Of a DNA stretch of 64,000 nucleotides, positions 25,046-37,441 are shown piece by piece. The DNA lies in contig NC_087437.1 of assembly GCF_036321535.1 (NCBI RefSeq), positions 104,348,001 to 104,412,000 of the forward strand, given 5' to 3'. The first letter of the stretch is position 1. Each line of letters begins with the position of its first letter. The DNA comes from Camelus dromedarius (taxonomy: Eukaryota). The notes beneath the pieces are model-generated. The model did no database searches, was not told the DNA's origin, and saw only the letters and a program-made list of their open reading frames with translations. A program made the position numbers and the translations under genes.

Positions 25046-26101
25046 CCACACTTAAAAATCCTATTTTCCTAGGATTGGAAAAGACAGAAACATGGTATCT
25101 GAATCCAGGAGTCTAAGGAGCAGGGACAGATAGACAATCTTATCAGGATAGTAGGGCTCAGAAAAGGAACAGAGTAAAGTAAGATCTTATGAGTAGTCAC
25201 CTCATCTATGTAATTTGATTGCTATCATTAAGTTACAGTATAATTAAATGTTTTTAATACAGTGCATTAGATGTTCCAAAAAAAAATTAAACAGTAAAAG
25301 TAACTGACAAGACTAGGCACAGGTAAATTAGCAATTTTTTTTTCTCTTTGAAAAAGATCTGAATTTCTGTTGCTTCAAAATTCTGCTCTCCAAGGGATCT
25401 GTTAACTTTACTATTTCATGTCTACTACATATAGGCCACCATATCTTGCAGAAATTTATAGCAATTTTAGTAAGTAAATTAAATCCTGCATTTAACCAGT
25501 GAATCATGGAGTCCAACATTCTGTCCGTGTGTGAAGGACACATCTCCTCCTCATGCAGCAAACTCACTTTGCTAAAACAAACAAAACTATAGAAACTGAA
25601 GTTCTACATATAATAATAAAAAAAAAAATCAGGCTGTATGTGACACACAATTTATTTTCAGCAAGAAAGCATTTGACCATTTTGTACCTATAAAAAGTCC
25701 CATGGGAGAAATTAAATTATTGACCCTGAGGCACTTATTTTTAAAGGGAAGAGTGAATTTACTTTTCTAACCATTAATCAAAGAAGAGTGGGTGAAACTT
25801 GAAAAAAATATATATTTCCAAAGCAAACCTGAAGATTGAAGTCCTCCCTTTCCTACAGAATGATGTTAAAATAAAAATGGCCTTGTCTGTGTGTTTGCTG
25901 TAGACACCAGCTCCAGTAAACTACTCTGTCAAGGCCATCGTCATAAACAGTGATGGCAGGAAATGTGACTCTTCATCTTCTTGCCAGATTATTTTGCGGC
26001 AACAATTTAGTGTCACCCGTAGGCATAGTTCATCACTTCGGGAGGAATGAATTGGAAAGATGTCTCTCTCACACACATTTAGAGTCTTTTTAAAATAATA
26101 A

Positions 26102-26225
26102 GTGAGAGAAACAGAGACAGGAACAGAGCTGGAGAAAAAGAGAGTAGGGGAGAGGAAGGAAGAGAGAAAGGGAAAAGGAGAGGGAGACGAGAAACCAAGA
26201 TTTTGAGAGAAAAACTAAAGAGCGA
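26102..26225. repeat. GA-rich low-complexity tract
   Basis: direct reading. Confidence 0.7.
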
Positions 26226-28286
26226 ATGAAAAGGCAGAGAACTGAAGTATCTAGAAATAAGTGCATATATAGAAAAAGTAATAAATTTTTGTGGATAGAT
26301 CATATTTCTAAACACTATTAAATGATGTTAAATAATATTTTTAAGTGATACAATGTTGAGCAGTAAAGTGGTAGATGTAGTGGGCTAAAAAAATCTGCAA
26401 GTTGAAGAAAAGCCAAAAGAAACAAACATGATGGAAAATAAATTTCCATATAAAACTCAATTAGACTGATAAAATTCTTAGTTTTATCAGTCCTGGAATT
26501 AACAGTCAATTGGCCAGAGATTTCTGACTTTTCCAAGAAAGAGACCTTGATTCCTAAAAGAAATAGCCCTGATCATTCTCATTCTGTTGCTACTTTAAAC
26601 AAGGGAAACATTCTCTCCCTCCTGCTTTTTTGTTATTCTTTGTCTAGTTCTTAACTGTGTTCTAGCTCTCTTTCTATCATTTTAGTTCTGCTTTGATTAA
26701 ATTGTTCTCTTTCCCAATAAACCGAAGAACCAGCATCAAACACGGTCAATGAGAAAACCTAGAACAATGGCACACTGAGGTTGTAAGGACCAATCATGTC
26801 AAACACACAGACTAGACAAGACTGTCCTACTGTATGCTGATAGGATGAATTAATAGATTGGAAGATTAGGATGACATAATCCAAAACAAAAGTTAGGGAA
26901 GTTATAATCTAATTACAGCATTGTACTGTAAAATCTGAGTGGTGTAATGAAATATATCAATAAATAGGAATTGTTCAATTACTGATACTAAAATGAGAAA
27001 ATGGTATGCATCAAATACACACACAAATACACTTCAGCATATTGAACTACATGCCATAAATATTTGCAAGTGGATAGATATTGAAATTCTGTTGGCAGAG
27101 ACCCAATTCTTGACATTGTCATGTTTAAGAATTTGGGTTTGTCCATGAGGATTGAAAAGATTATAATAAGCCCTGTCTGATAAATGTGATAAGTAGATTG
27201 AGGGAAGAGAGATGACAAAAAAGGAAAATCTATTTTTGATCAGTTGTTTTGAAAGAGTGAGTTAACTGCAAGCTACTGAGAATATTATCATTAAGTAAAG
27301 AACATAATAGAAGTAGGATGTAGATAAATGAAACATTAAAAACAATACAATTCACTGATTATCCTCATCATAATCTACCACCAATGGCTTCATCATAATG
27401 TATAATATGTATAAAACTAAAAAGGTGCAACTTAATGTCAGCTTTAATCTCAAGACAATTTTCACTGCTTTGAATTTCCACAACATTTGAGCTAATAAGG
27501 TGTTAGGGTACAGTGGCCGAAATTGGAAAAAGAAGAATGAGAAAGAACTCCACTATTTTACAGTTTTACAAAAGGATGGGTGGGTTGAGTCGTTCATTTA
27601 GATAAATCCTCCTATCTTTGTTTTCTAGGGAGACTGTCCATTGGTTCGTAAAAAACTACAGGATTTCTCCAATTTCAGTCTTGTTCAAGAATTGCTTACT
27701 GTAGCCTTTGCTTTGAGTCTATGGTTTATCCCATATCTTTCCCATAAATTATTTTCCTAAAGCTAGCCTGATCTGCTTCTATAGCTTGTAAACAAATAAT
27801 TCAGAAAGACACAGACACGGTTTATTAGTTATCATTGATCTAAGGACCAGTAGAGTTGTCATCATAGCTCTGTATAAGCAATTTGCTTGGGGAAATCAAT
27901 GCACTGCTTTGCCTCAGGCATAGAATCAGATTAAAAAAGAAAGCTTGTGGGAAAAGTGAAGGATCTGTTCATCCTCTCTAAAACTGTGATGATAACCAAA
28001 CAATCACTTTTCTTATCAAATGATTATATGACAGTTCCTATAAATCTATTCTTTTCATTGATGTGAATTATCTTGTAGGGTAAGACAGTAATTCACAACC
28101 ATGAATACTGTTTATGCCTTCTTGGAAGATCAAAATAAACGCCTTACAACAATTTTATCTAATACCTTGAAGTGCTCTTCTTTTTCCTCATTTCTTTCAG
28201 AACTTTGCTCAAAAATCATGATGATCATATTAAAGATTATGACCACTCAGCATTAACTTTCGCTCTATCATATTTTATTTCTCTAT

Positions 28287-28309
28287 ACACACACACACAT
28301 ACACACACA
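28287..28309. repeat. (AC)n microsatellite
   Basis: direct reading. Confidence 0.85.
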
Positions 28310-28630
28310 TTACTTGTGACTTTTCTTATTATACTTGTGTATAATAAACTCTAGAAGGGCATGGGCTTCTGTTTCTTTTTTTTTTTTCCTGGGTCTTCAC
28401 CCTAAGATCCCTGTTGCCTTCTTCTTTTTGTAGCTACCAACATCCAGGGAGTGACTAAGATAAGGGGTTATCCTCTGTCTGCTCATGAATGCAGCCACAC
28501 TTAATCCCCATTGTCCCTGGTGCTTCCAGACAGTACTCAGTGCCCCCATCCATCATAGCATCACACACAAGAGGACAGTGACATGTGTACCTGTATAGAA
28601 CAATTTTAAGTTCAACATAGCTAGGCTTTT

Positions 28631-28746
28631 TTCCTTTTTTTTTAAATTTTATTTTATTGGTATAGTCAGTTTACAATGTTGTGTCAATTTCCAGTGTAGA
28701 GCACAATTTTTCAGTCATACATGACCATACATATATTCACTGTCAC
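28631..28746 (-). mobile_element. lineage-specific L1 3' tail, same family as 8327 and 53636
   Basis: Reverse complement of the same tail. TSD CATAGCTAGGCTTTT (28616-28630) / CACAGCTAAGCTTTT (28747-28761), 13/15 identical; the target ends in TTTT/AA. Confidence 0.9.
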
Positions 28747-29309
28747 CACAGCTAAGCTTTTAAAAACAGAACAAATCAACAGACTTGCAGGATGTAGAAA
28801 ACCTCATTGTCTCTCCACAGCTCTCTACCTTTGAATTAGAAGGTTGGGTCTGCAGCCTTCAGAAAAGAATTATATGGCCAACACTCAGATACATAGGAGC
28901 TTCTTTCTGAAGTAGCTAGAATATGTTGAGCTCACTTCCTATGACAAATTGCTTTGTAATGGTTCTCGCATCTCTGGTATTGGTAACAAAAATTGTGTAG
29001 CTCTATGCTGAATGGTAAGTTTTATATTTGGTGATGTAAGTATGGCCTTGGTGTTGAGCAAGGTGAGCCAAATAATCATGCTTAAGAAGGACAGTCATCA
29101 AAATCACTGTGACCCTACAGACTAAATATGTTGCATACTAAATTATTATTAATTACATATTTATATTTTAACTGATCTAAGCAAAGTAAAGCTAATCAGA
29201 ATCACCATTAGAAGTGAAACATCTTTTTTTCTTATATTTCCTTTATTTTATGGTGAAAAGTTGCTTGGGGGTGGAGTAGAAGCCTGCAGTATAGGAAAGG
29301 GGTCAAAGT

Positions 29310-29555
29310 ATATTGGTCAAAAGCACAGGGTCTGGAGTAAGAAATCTTGTTCTAAATCTTTGCTCCATTCTTTTCTTGCTGTATAAATTTTGCAAAATAA
29401 GTGCATATCTGCACTTCAGATTCCTTATCTGTGATACATATATAATAATTACATTTAACAAGATGTAAATGAGATATCAAGAAGGTTGAAGATTTTAACA
29501 AGGGTGAAGTACCTTGCACAGTTTCTAACTAATTCATAAGCTCTCACTGGGTGTT
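29310..29555 (+). mobile_element. MIR
   Basis: aaagcacagggtctggagt...cttcagattccttatctgtga...aaatgagat...ttgcacagtttct. Confidence 0.8.
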
Positions 29556-29774
29556 TATGTTTCAAATGTAAAAGACGTTAAAAGAGAAGCAGCTTCCTTT
29601 TCAGTTGAGTGGAACTCTGCTAGGAAATGGGATAGGTCTCCCACACAATAGTCATGTTCCACCTCTAGAAATAAGACGGAAATTGGGAAGTATCTGTGTA
29701 GATGCAAGTAAGAGGACGCAATGGAGAAAATGACTCACTACTTGAGAGAGCTGGGACGGAAGAAGGGAATTTAA

Positions 29775-29925
29775 AAGTTTCAAGGTGCCTGGCACTTTTT
29801 GCTTGAGTCACATTAAGGGAGATGACAGACATAAGCCATGAGCAAGGAGGAGAGTGGCTGGATGCACAGCTGGAGAAGTTAGCAGGGCCCAGATCAGAGC
29901 ACAGTTAATGAAGGACTTTGAATCC
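29775..29925 (-). mobile_element. L2 fragment
   Basis: gagcaaggaggagagtgg...ctggagaagttagcagggcccagatca...aaggactttga. Confidence 0.6.
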
Positions 29926-29954
29926 ACTCTTTTTTCTCTCCACCAACAACTAAT

Positions 29955-30230
29955 CCGTCTGATCCTAAGCCAGTCATTAGTTTTCTTCAGTAAATTTGAA
30001 CTTTCCAAGCTTATTCTTGCCCCTGGGTAGACACTTGCTGTTGCCAGTCCCAACAAGCCCCCCTCTTCAAGTCCTGGAATGGCTGCTTCTTGTCACTCAA
30101 GTCTCAGCTCAAACTGTCCCTAACTGTGGCTGTGCCGGACCTTACTTCCTAACGGGGCCTGTCTCTGCTGCTGTCATCCCATCTTGTTGGATTTTCTGCT
30201 TTTAATTTATCACTATTTGAATTGATTTAA
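29955..30230 (+). mobile_element. L2 fragment, opposite orientation to its neighbour
   Basis: cttgcccctggg...cacttgctgttgcc...tggctgcttcttgtcactcaagtctcagctcaaa...ttatcactatttgaaatt. Confidence 0.65.
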
Positions 30231-31299
30231 ATAACTGTGGAAAAATAACCAGGCCACAGTAAATTATTAATTTATGATAACATCTTTATGCTTATGTTAC
30301 CACAAGATGTCCTCGTTCGTAGCAAACTGATGAAACTCTCTCTCTCTCTCGCTATATATATGTATATGTTTTACATATATTTTATAGACTTTTCCTATGT
30401 GTAATTGGGATTTTACAGAATCCTTGGATGTGTCACACGGTTTGAAGAAATAGTACATCATCTTTATATATAAACTCTAGGTCTTGCAATTTTTTTATCT
30501 TGAACTGATTAGAAATGACTTTTAACAAATATTTTTTCAAGGAAGAAAGACAATTATATGTTTTTGCTATTCTCATTTTGAAACCAACTTTTAAAGACTA
30601 TAGCATGCTCATTTTTAATGACCTTGTGTAGGTTATGAAAAACTTCCTTAATGTTTTAGAATAAAGATTTACAAATTTAAAATTTGTTTTCCTGGTATCT
30701 GCAAAAGTGGTCTTCAAGTAAACTCATGCATTTTAAACAGGTATTTATCCCCAAAATGTTGTGTGGGAACATATAAAAATTAATTTTGCATTGCCTGTTC
30801 TTTGCCCCTGAAATGAAACTTTATTAGTGAAAGAACACTATTTTATTTAACATTGCCTCTAATAAAATAGGAAATCCTCATGTATAATTTTTGAATGAAA
30901 TAAAAAAAATGGGGGAAAAAAAAGCAAGGTCACTATATTAAAAATAAAATGAAAGAAAAAGACAAGCCAGATAACCCAAAAGTAAAACAGAAGACAAAAT
31001 AAATTACACAAAAATGAAACAAATGATATGCAAAATAATGGCACGGGAAATGTAAATCATGCTAGATTTTTAAATCATGATCAAGATCCCTGCTTGCAAA
31101 CACGCTGGAATAATTCATAGCAGAACAACAATTTCCTTAAAAAATAACTAGAGGAAACTCAACAATCCCTCTAAAAAGTGACATTTATAAAAAGCAACCA
31201 AAATATTTAAAAGTATATCTAGAGGGATTAAACTACCTGGAGCAAAGAACCTTGGAGACCTGAGCTGAGGATCTTCCAAAGTCTTTACACTGTCAGGAA

Positions 31300-32905
31300 C
31301 TTGGATGTGAATCTGGTCCCAAAGGATGTGAATCTGCTTGTTTTGCTCTAGTCAGTTCCCAGCTGAATCCTCGCATTAATTTCTCTCCCAAGCATGTTTG
31401 CTTGTCTGTGAGGTTGGTGGGTATCTCTGTTCTCCTGTTAATGACTTGGTGTTGGGTGTATGTGTGTCCCTGGCTCTTGGAGGTGTGATCTGTTTCCCTA
31501 TGGTTTCCTGGCTCTAGAGTGGATTCAGTACTAACTCTGAGCTCCCCACAACTTTACCTCCTGTCTTCTCCCAGCTGCAATCCGTTCTCAGTGATGCCTT
31601 AGGAGCTGTGGTGTATGTATTCTGTAGAGGAAGAATGAAAGAAGGATCTAGACCTGGTTTCTTACCTCTCCTGAACTGCTGCTAGCTCTTTCCCTCCCCC
31701 AAATTCTTCATCAGATTGGATGCTTTTGGATTCTTTCCCACCTTGTGAGTGCTTGCTGGGACTCCTTTGCAAGAAGATGTGTACACCTCCAATCTCCGCA
31801 GCCCTTGACGGTTTCACACTGTCTTATCCATTTGCACTGGACCTCACCAACTTTTCGCATATTCAAGATAAACTCTTTCTACAGATGTTCAGTTATGTTG
31901 ACCTCAGGTGAGCATGTGTGTGGGAGCCCATGATTGGGTTAACAAATTGTAACAGACTCCAGCCACCTTGTCTCCTTAAAGAAGAGCAAATGTGCTTAGT
32001 AACTGCCTTGCTTGCATAGTTGAGATTTTAGATAGCACTCTGCTCTTTGCAAAGCAAGCACCCAGGCCCTCGGCTATAAATGCTGGGTGTGCCTGCTGTT
32101 AGATAGTCTTCCATCCCCAAAACAAAGAACTGGCTGGTCTGGTGGTCTGCTTTAACATATCTATAAGAATGTATCTTGTTCCCCTCTTCCCTTGACTTCC
32201 CTAAAGATAAACTGTAGGCCCCCAATTGTGGGAACAAAGGAACGAGTCTTGGGCTGGAATGGTAAACAAGTTATAAAAAGCTGCAGACTCAGAGGTGAGA
32301 AGGCTGGTTAGACAATGATGGGTAAGATCCCCAGAGGGGTGCAACCTAAGACAGACTCAGACACCTGAGTCCAAGGAAAATGTTGTTAAGCAGCTGCTTC
32401 TTATACGTCCCTCCCTGATAAGCTGTAGGCTCGCTGGTGCCAACACAAACATGATTTACCAAAACATAAAAGGTCTTCTGACCTTGAGCCAGACTCTACA
32501 ATCTCAGTCCCACCTTGTCTTTCCCTAAATTCCTGAATTCCATCACACAACTGTCAGTGACTTCTCCTTTGATTGTACACAATAAATGCGGGAGCATCTG
32601 AGAGGTTCGTGGAGTTGGCTCCCGACTCCCTCTCACTCTCTTGACTTTTTCCAGAGTAATTCATTCCATCTTGGTAGGACTTCTGCCGGCCAGAACCCAC
32701 AACTGGTGACAAACCCACACATGTGCTCGCGCCTCCTTTCTTCCCGTTGGCACCAACTCTCCTTAGATTTTGATCAAGTTATTTACAGGCTCACCTCCAA
32801 TTTTCAATGGGTTCAAAACAAATTTGTGTATTTGTAGTTAGTCTGGCTCTTTGTCATTGTATTTTAATTGGGCAGTGCTGATCTAGCAGTAAACATCTAC
32901 AGAAT
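31300..32905 (-). mobile_element. old L1M (L1MC/L1M4-type) 5' UTR, split by an LTR insertion
   Basis: gtttcacactgtc...cctcaggtgagcatgtg | ctcgcgcc...ctccttagattt...atgggttcaa...gtatttgtagttagtctggct matches the reverse L1M 5'-end pattern and is continuous across the LTR. Confidence 0.65.
31919..32719 (+). mobile_element. ERV2 (betaretrovirus-like, class II) solo LTR, 801 bp
   Basis: Starts TGTGGG and ends CCCACA (6-bp terminal inverted repeat); perfect 6-bp TSD CATGTG at 31913-31918 and 32720-32725; internal cagaggggtgcaacctaagacag resembles artiodactyl ERV2 LTRs as I recall them; AATAAA at 32581. Confidence 0.85.
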
Positions 32906-33369
32906 CATTTCTACCCAGTGCCCTGCCCACCTTGGTGGTATTTTCTGCCTCCCAAGTGGGTACTTTGAGAGCACATGTACATTCCACAGATTCAGCAGTG
33001 CCAGAAAACTGGTTCTCTTAGGCACCATGCTGGGCACAGACCTCTCTGCTCTCAGGACACACCCAGGAGCACAGCCAGTTGGGAACATGTAGCTTTCTGC
33101 ATTGTAGGGGAGGAGACAAAATTCTCCCTGAATCCTTCTTAGCAAAATCCCATAGCACATTCTTTATTTGAGCAGAGAACCTCCCATCCCCAGCCCATCA
33201 GCTTATCTGCAGGCAAGATTCTTCTTTTAATCGCCCTTTGTGCACTAATTAAGGGAATGATCCACATCATTTTATGCTTCCATAAATAATCCCACTAGTT
33301 TAACCATGGTCTCTTTGATATCAGTCTGTTCAATGAGTTTATAGATTTTTCTAGGATTCAATTTGAAAT

Positions 33370-33401
<32 letters not shown>
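33370..33401. repeat. (ATC)10 trinucleotide microsatellite
   Basis: direct reading. Confidence 0.95.
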
Positions 33402-34624
33402 TTCTATAAGCAGTCCCTCTTTAGTCTACATTAAGTTGATACCAACTTTTTCTACCAATCTTATTTTAACATTCATATTAAAAAAAAAAAGTTAGTTTTT
33501 TTTTTTTTTTTTTTTTTTTGTCCAGTTAATACCATTCCCTGTTTTTAGAATTTCAATGAGGTTCCTCTAGGGAACTAATGTAAGTACATTTATTCAGTCT
33601 GGCATTCTAAGCTGTGTTCCCTATGACTTAGGGATTTTAGCTCTCTCTTCCAAACTCATACATCCTTTAAACCACCCTTTCCTATGTTTTAACCACTAGG
33701 CCAGACTCTCCTGTTGAACTGCCACAATGCCTTAGGATGAAAAGCTCTAGATATATGTGAAAGGTGCATTACTTATAAGAACAGAACTTCAGCACCTTGT
33801 CTGCAATTAGCATTGTGTTATCCAAATTGGTCCTGAGCTTTTATTGCTAAAATATATTCAAGTGACTTAGAATGCTCTGTCAGGAAGTAATTTTATCTGA
33901 TTAAATATAAAAGTATCGATAATTTCAGAAAATCTGAATAATGAGAGCTTAAAGTGAGGGCATGTCCCATCAGATAGTGACACTTTCTATGAACATACAC
34001 TGCTTAACACCATATTACACTGGTATGGATCGGATAGAACAGATTAGAAGTCTTCTCCACCACCACCAAATATTTTAATACACATAAGGATAGGCATATG
34101 CACTTTTCGTGAATGATTTTAAATCACATTTCAAGAAAAGGAACTGATTTTAAAAATACATAAATGGCATGGGGATATTGGTGAAGATTTGGAAGAAACA
34201 TCATAATAGAACCACTGTCATGAAAAAAAAGCAGTATTTGTCCATGATGTCTCTGGATGTTGCCCCTCAAGTAGCCTAGCAATGACCAGCTAAGTCTCCT
34301 TTGACCTAATGACCTAAAACCAAGCCTGATGTGCAAATTTGTCAAGTATTTAGCATCTAGAAACTGTATGATTTTCACACCAAGACTGTAAACTTGATTG
34401 CAAAGTTCAGCATCTTCTGGCTTAGTCTATGTTCCTACCTTCCCTCTCTTTCCAAGTGTATTTGATGCCCCCCTCCTAATGCATAGCCCAATCAATCTCC
34501 CGGGTCCAAGGTTACCTATTTATGAGAAGTCAAGAGTCTTGGGAATCACCAAGAGTCTAGAATCCTGACAGACCTATGCCTGTAAATTTTTATCTTTTTC
34601 TTTTCATCTTTCCATTTATTTTCT

Positions 34625-34990
34625 CTCCTTTTTTTCCTAATTGGAGTACCGTTGACTTGTTAGTTTCAGGTATACAACATAGTGATTTGATATTTTCATA
34701 GATTATGTATGATACAAAATTATTATAATATTAACTATAATCCCTGTGCTGTACATTACATCCCTGTGACTTATTTTTTAACATAATTGGTAGACTGTAC
34801 CTTTTAATCCTCTTCACCTACCCAACCTCCCACTCCCACCTTTCTGTTAACTACTAGCTGTAACTGTGAATCTATTTCTTCTTTTTTTTTTTTGATTGGT
34901 TCCATTGTTTTCTTTTCTGAACCTGGAGCATATCATTTTATGGTGTTTGTCCTTAACCCTGCCTGACATTCATTATTTTTACAGCATGTA
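34625..34990 (-). mobile_element. L1 3' UTR fragment (laurasiatherian type)
   Basis: T-rich tail, then ttagtttcaggtatacaacatagtgatt...tccctgtgctgtacattacatcc...tgtaccttttaatcc. Confidence 0.85.
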
Positions 34991-35204
34991 GTAAAATTAT
35001 TTCAAATGGAGTAAGTTATTAAGCAATGAAGGATAAGTCATGTAAGTATTGAATCATCAGATTCAAAAAATACAGAATTATTTTATAAGCATGAAATTTT
35101 AAAAATAGAAAAAAATTTAAATCTATACATTCTATAGTAAAACCTATCAAAATGATTTTGTATGCTTAAATGCACCACTAAAAATATTAAGAGATAAATA
35201 AATA

Positions 35205-35640
35205 AATAAATTTAACCAAGGAAGGTGAAAGACCTGTACAATAAAAGTTATAAGATAGATGTTTGATGAAAGAAATTGAAGAAGATGCAAATAAATGGAA
35301 AGACATTCCATGTTCATGGATTAGAGCAATTAACATTTAAAATGTCCATAAGAGCCAAAGCAATCTACAGAGTCAATGCAATCCCTATCAAAATTCTAAA
35401 GGCATTTTTCACAGAAACAGAACAATCCTAAAATTTTTATGGAAACTCAAAAAAACAGAATAGCTAATGTACTCTTCAGGAAGAACAATAAACCTGGAGG
35501 TATAGCACTGCTTGATTTCAACCTATATTACAAGCTATAAAAATAAAAATAGCTTGGTATTGGCATAAAAACAGACACATAGATCAGTGGAACAGAATAA
35601 AGAGCCCAGAAATAAAATCTATGCATATATGTCTAATTAG
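35205..35640 (+). mobile_element. L1 ORF2 fragment (frameshifted)
   Basis: Decayed peptide [58 protein letters not shown], typical of L1 ORF2 downstream of RT. Confidence 0.92.
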
Positions 35641-37441
35641 TAATATAGTAAACTATTTTGTGATATAGTAAATTAGTGATGTAATGAAAAGCTAATCTGT
35701 CACCTTCCATTCTCAATGCTAAAAGGTATGAAAAAAAGAAGGAAAGATTGGAACTTCAATATCTCTGACAATTACGTGTTCCTGTAAAAGCACCAAGTAT
35801 GGAAAAAATGGCCGATCTACTAAAAGGAGAATTAGTGCCATTTTGAATATGCCAAATAACTCAAGTACCTGGATGTGACATTTAATTTGGTTGTTTTCTG
35901 CATGAACCCACTAGAGAAAGCTCTCATTTACATAATTGCTTTCAAAAAACTTTGCTGCACACTGGGATGCATTGTAGAGGTAACACTCAAGGTTCTGGCA
36001 CTAAAAAGGAGAAATAACAAAAGATACTGAAGGAGTTAAAGCCAATTTTATTTGAATCTCATAATTACCTCAACAGAAATTGGGTACACTAATCTATGAA
36101 GAGTAATAGTACTATAAGAGATTTTCATTCATTTGTTTTTCTGTATTTGCAGAATCTTCAACATTGCTCATATATTCAATTTATAACTAGAATAAAATAA
36201 TTCTATTTAAAAATAATAAGCATAACTTTATCAAACTTGAAATGATGTATTCATTGAGTGATTTACATGATTAAAATAGAGAATTATTATGGAGAGTTAT
36301 TTTAAATTACTTAATTAAAATGGAAAATTAATATGCAATTCATATAATGATATCTACAGTGGACAATATATTAATGGTAAACAGAAGTATCAGCTTAATG
36401 GAATTTTCAAAACGTATAGTATATCTAAAATTAATGACATTCTGTAGTTAGAGGGGTTATTAGAAAATGAAAAACATAAAAGGCTTCAGAACTGGATAAA
36501 TTTTTAGAACTAAAAGCACAGTTAGGGGGTTTTGCATTCTAGCATATATTTCAGATGTGCTTATGAAATATTTTTTCTTCCTTATCTTCTGAAAAAATAA
36601 ACAACTGTTTTTATTCGATTATTCAGGATTTTGATCTCTTTGAAAGCAATTTGGAATTATAGATTTCCAAGGGTTAGGGAATTGCAGAAGACAAATTTCT
36701 GTTCTTCAAATTGTTTTTCTTTTTTCTTATAATTTTTCCATTAAGAAAAATTATTTTTAAAGATCTTATTTGGTATAATACTCAATTCATTGCACCCACA
36801 CATGTGTCCCAGGTAATAGATGTAGACTATTGTCCTTATTGGAATAACCTCCTGTCCCATTATTCCTGAGGATATCTAAACTATGGAATGCACTAGATGA
36901 TCATAATCCTTCTGTTAACTCTTTCAATGCAAGGATTCAAAAATATAAATGTATTAAAAAAAGAAAGTTGTAATATGTGACATTCTCAAAAACTCAGTTT
37001 GGATCTGCTTTCCCTCCTTCACTTTTGGCTTGAGTGTCAGGGACACTCTCTTGTCACTCTCTTCCTGGTCTCTCTGGGCCCTGAGGACCAAAGGCCTCAC
37101 CCTGGGGGCATTCGTCTCTCCGGTGTGGAAAGTCACATTCAGTTATATCCTCACCACGTGACAGCTTCTAAGTTGTATGGAAACCTACAAATCATACTTA
37201 AGGATTTAGCAGAGGAAGAAGTATAAAACCAGAGCCTTGTATTTTGCTTTTTATTTTTATTCTTCCAACACCAATAATTTTGTCTTATTTCTTTACCAAC
37301 AAAGTGATTGGATCTGTAGCTAGGTTCTTTGGGAATATTGACCCATTAATCAAAACCCATACCTTATTTTGAGGAATGTTATCAATTTATTCTTATGAGT
37401 AAAAGCATCTGTTTGCCTTTATTATATAATATATAATATCT

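Noticed and set aside
31303..31336. 13-bp direct repeat GGATGTGAATCTG with an 8-bp spacer
   Set aside because: Only two copies; an ordinary local duplication at the edge of an old L1, not an array.
32227..32701. A second LTR nested in the ERV2-type LTR (internal TGTGGG to first CCCACA)
   Set aside because: The flanks CCCAAT and ACTGGT do not match, so there is no TSD supporting a separate insertion.
34625..35640. Twin-priming (5'-inverted) single L1 insertion made of the minus-strand 3' UTR and the plus-strand ORF2 piece
   Set aside because: About 200 bp of unassigned sequence separates the two pieces, the ORF2 piece ends far upstream of the 3' UTR, and no shared TSD is visible. Two independent fragments is the simpler reading.
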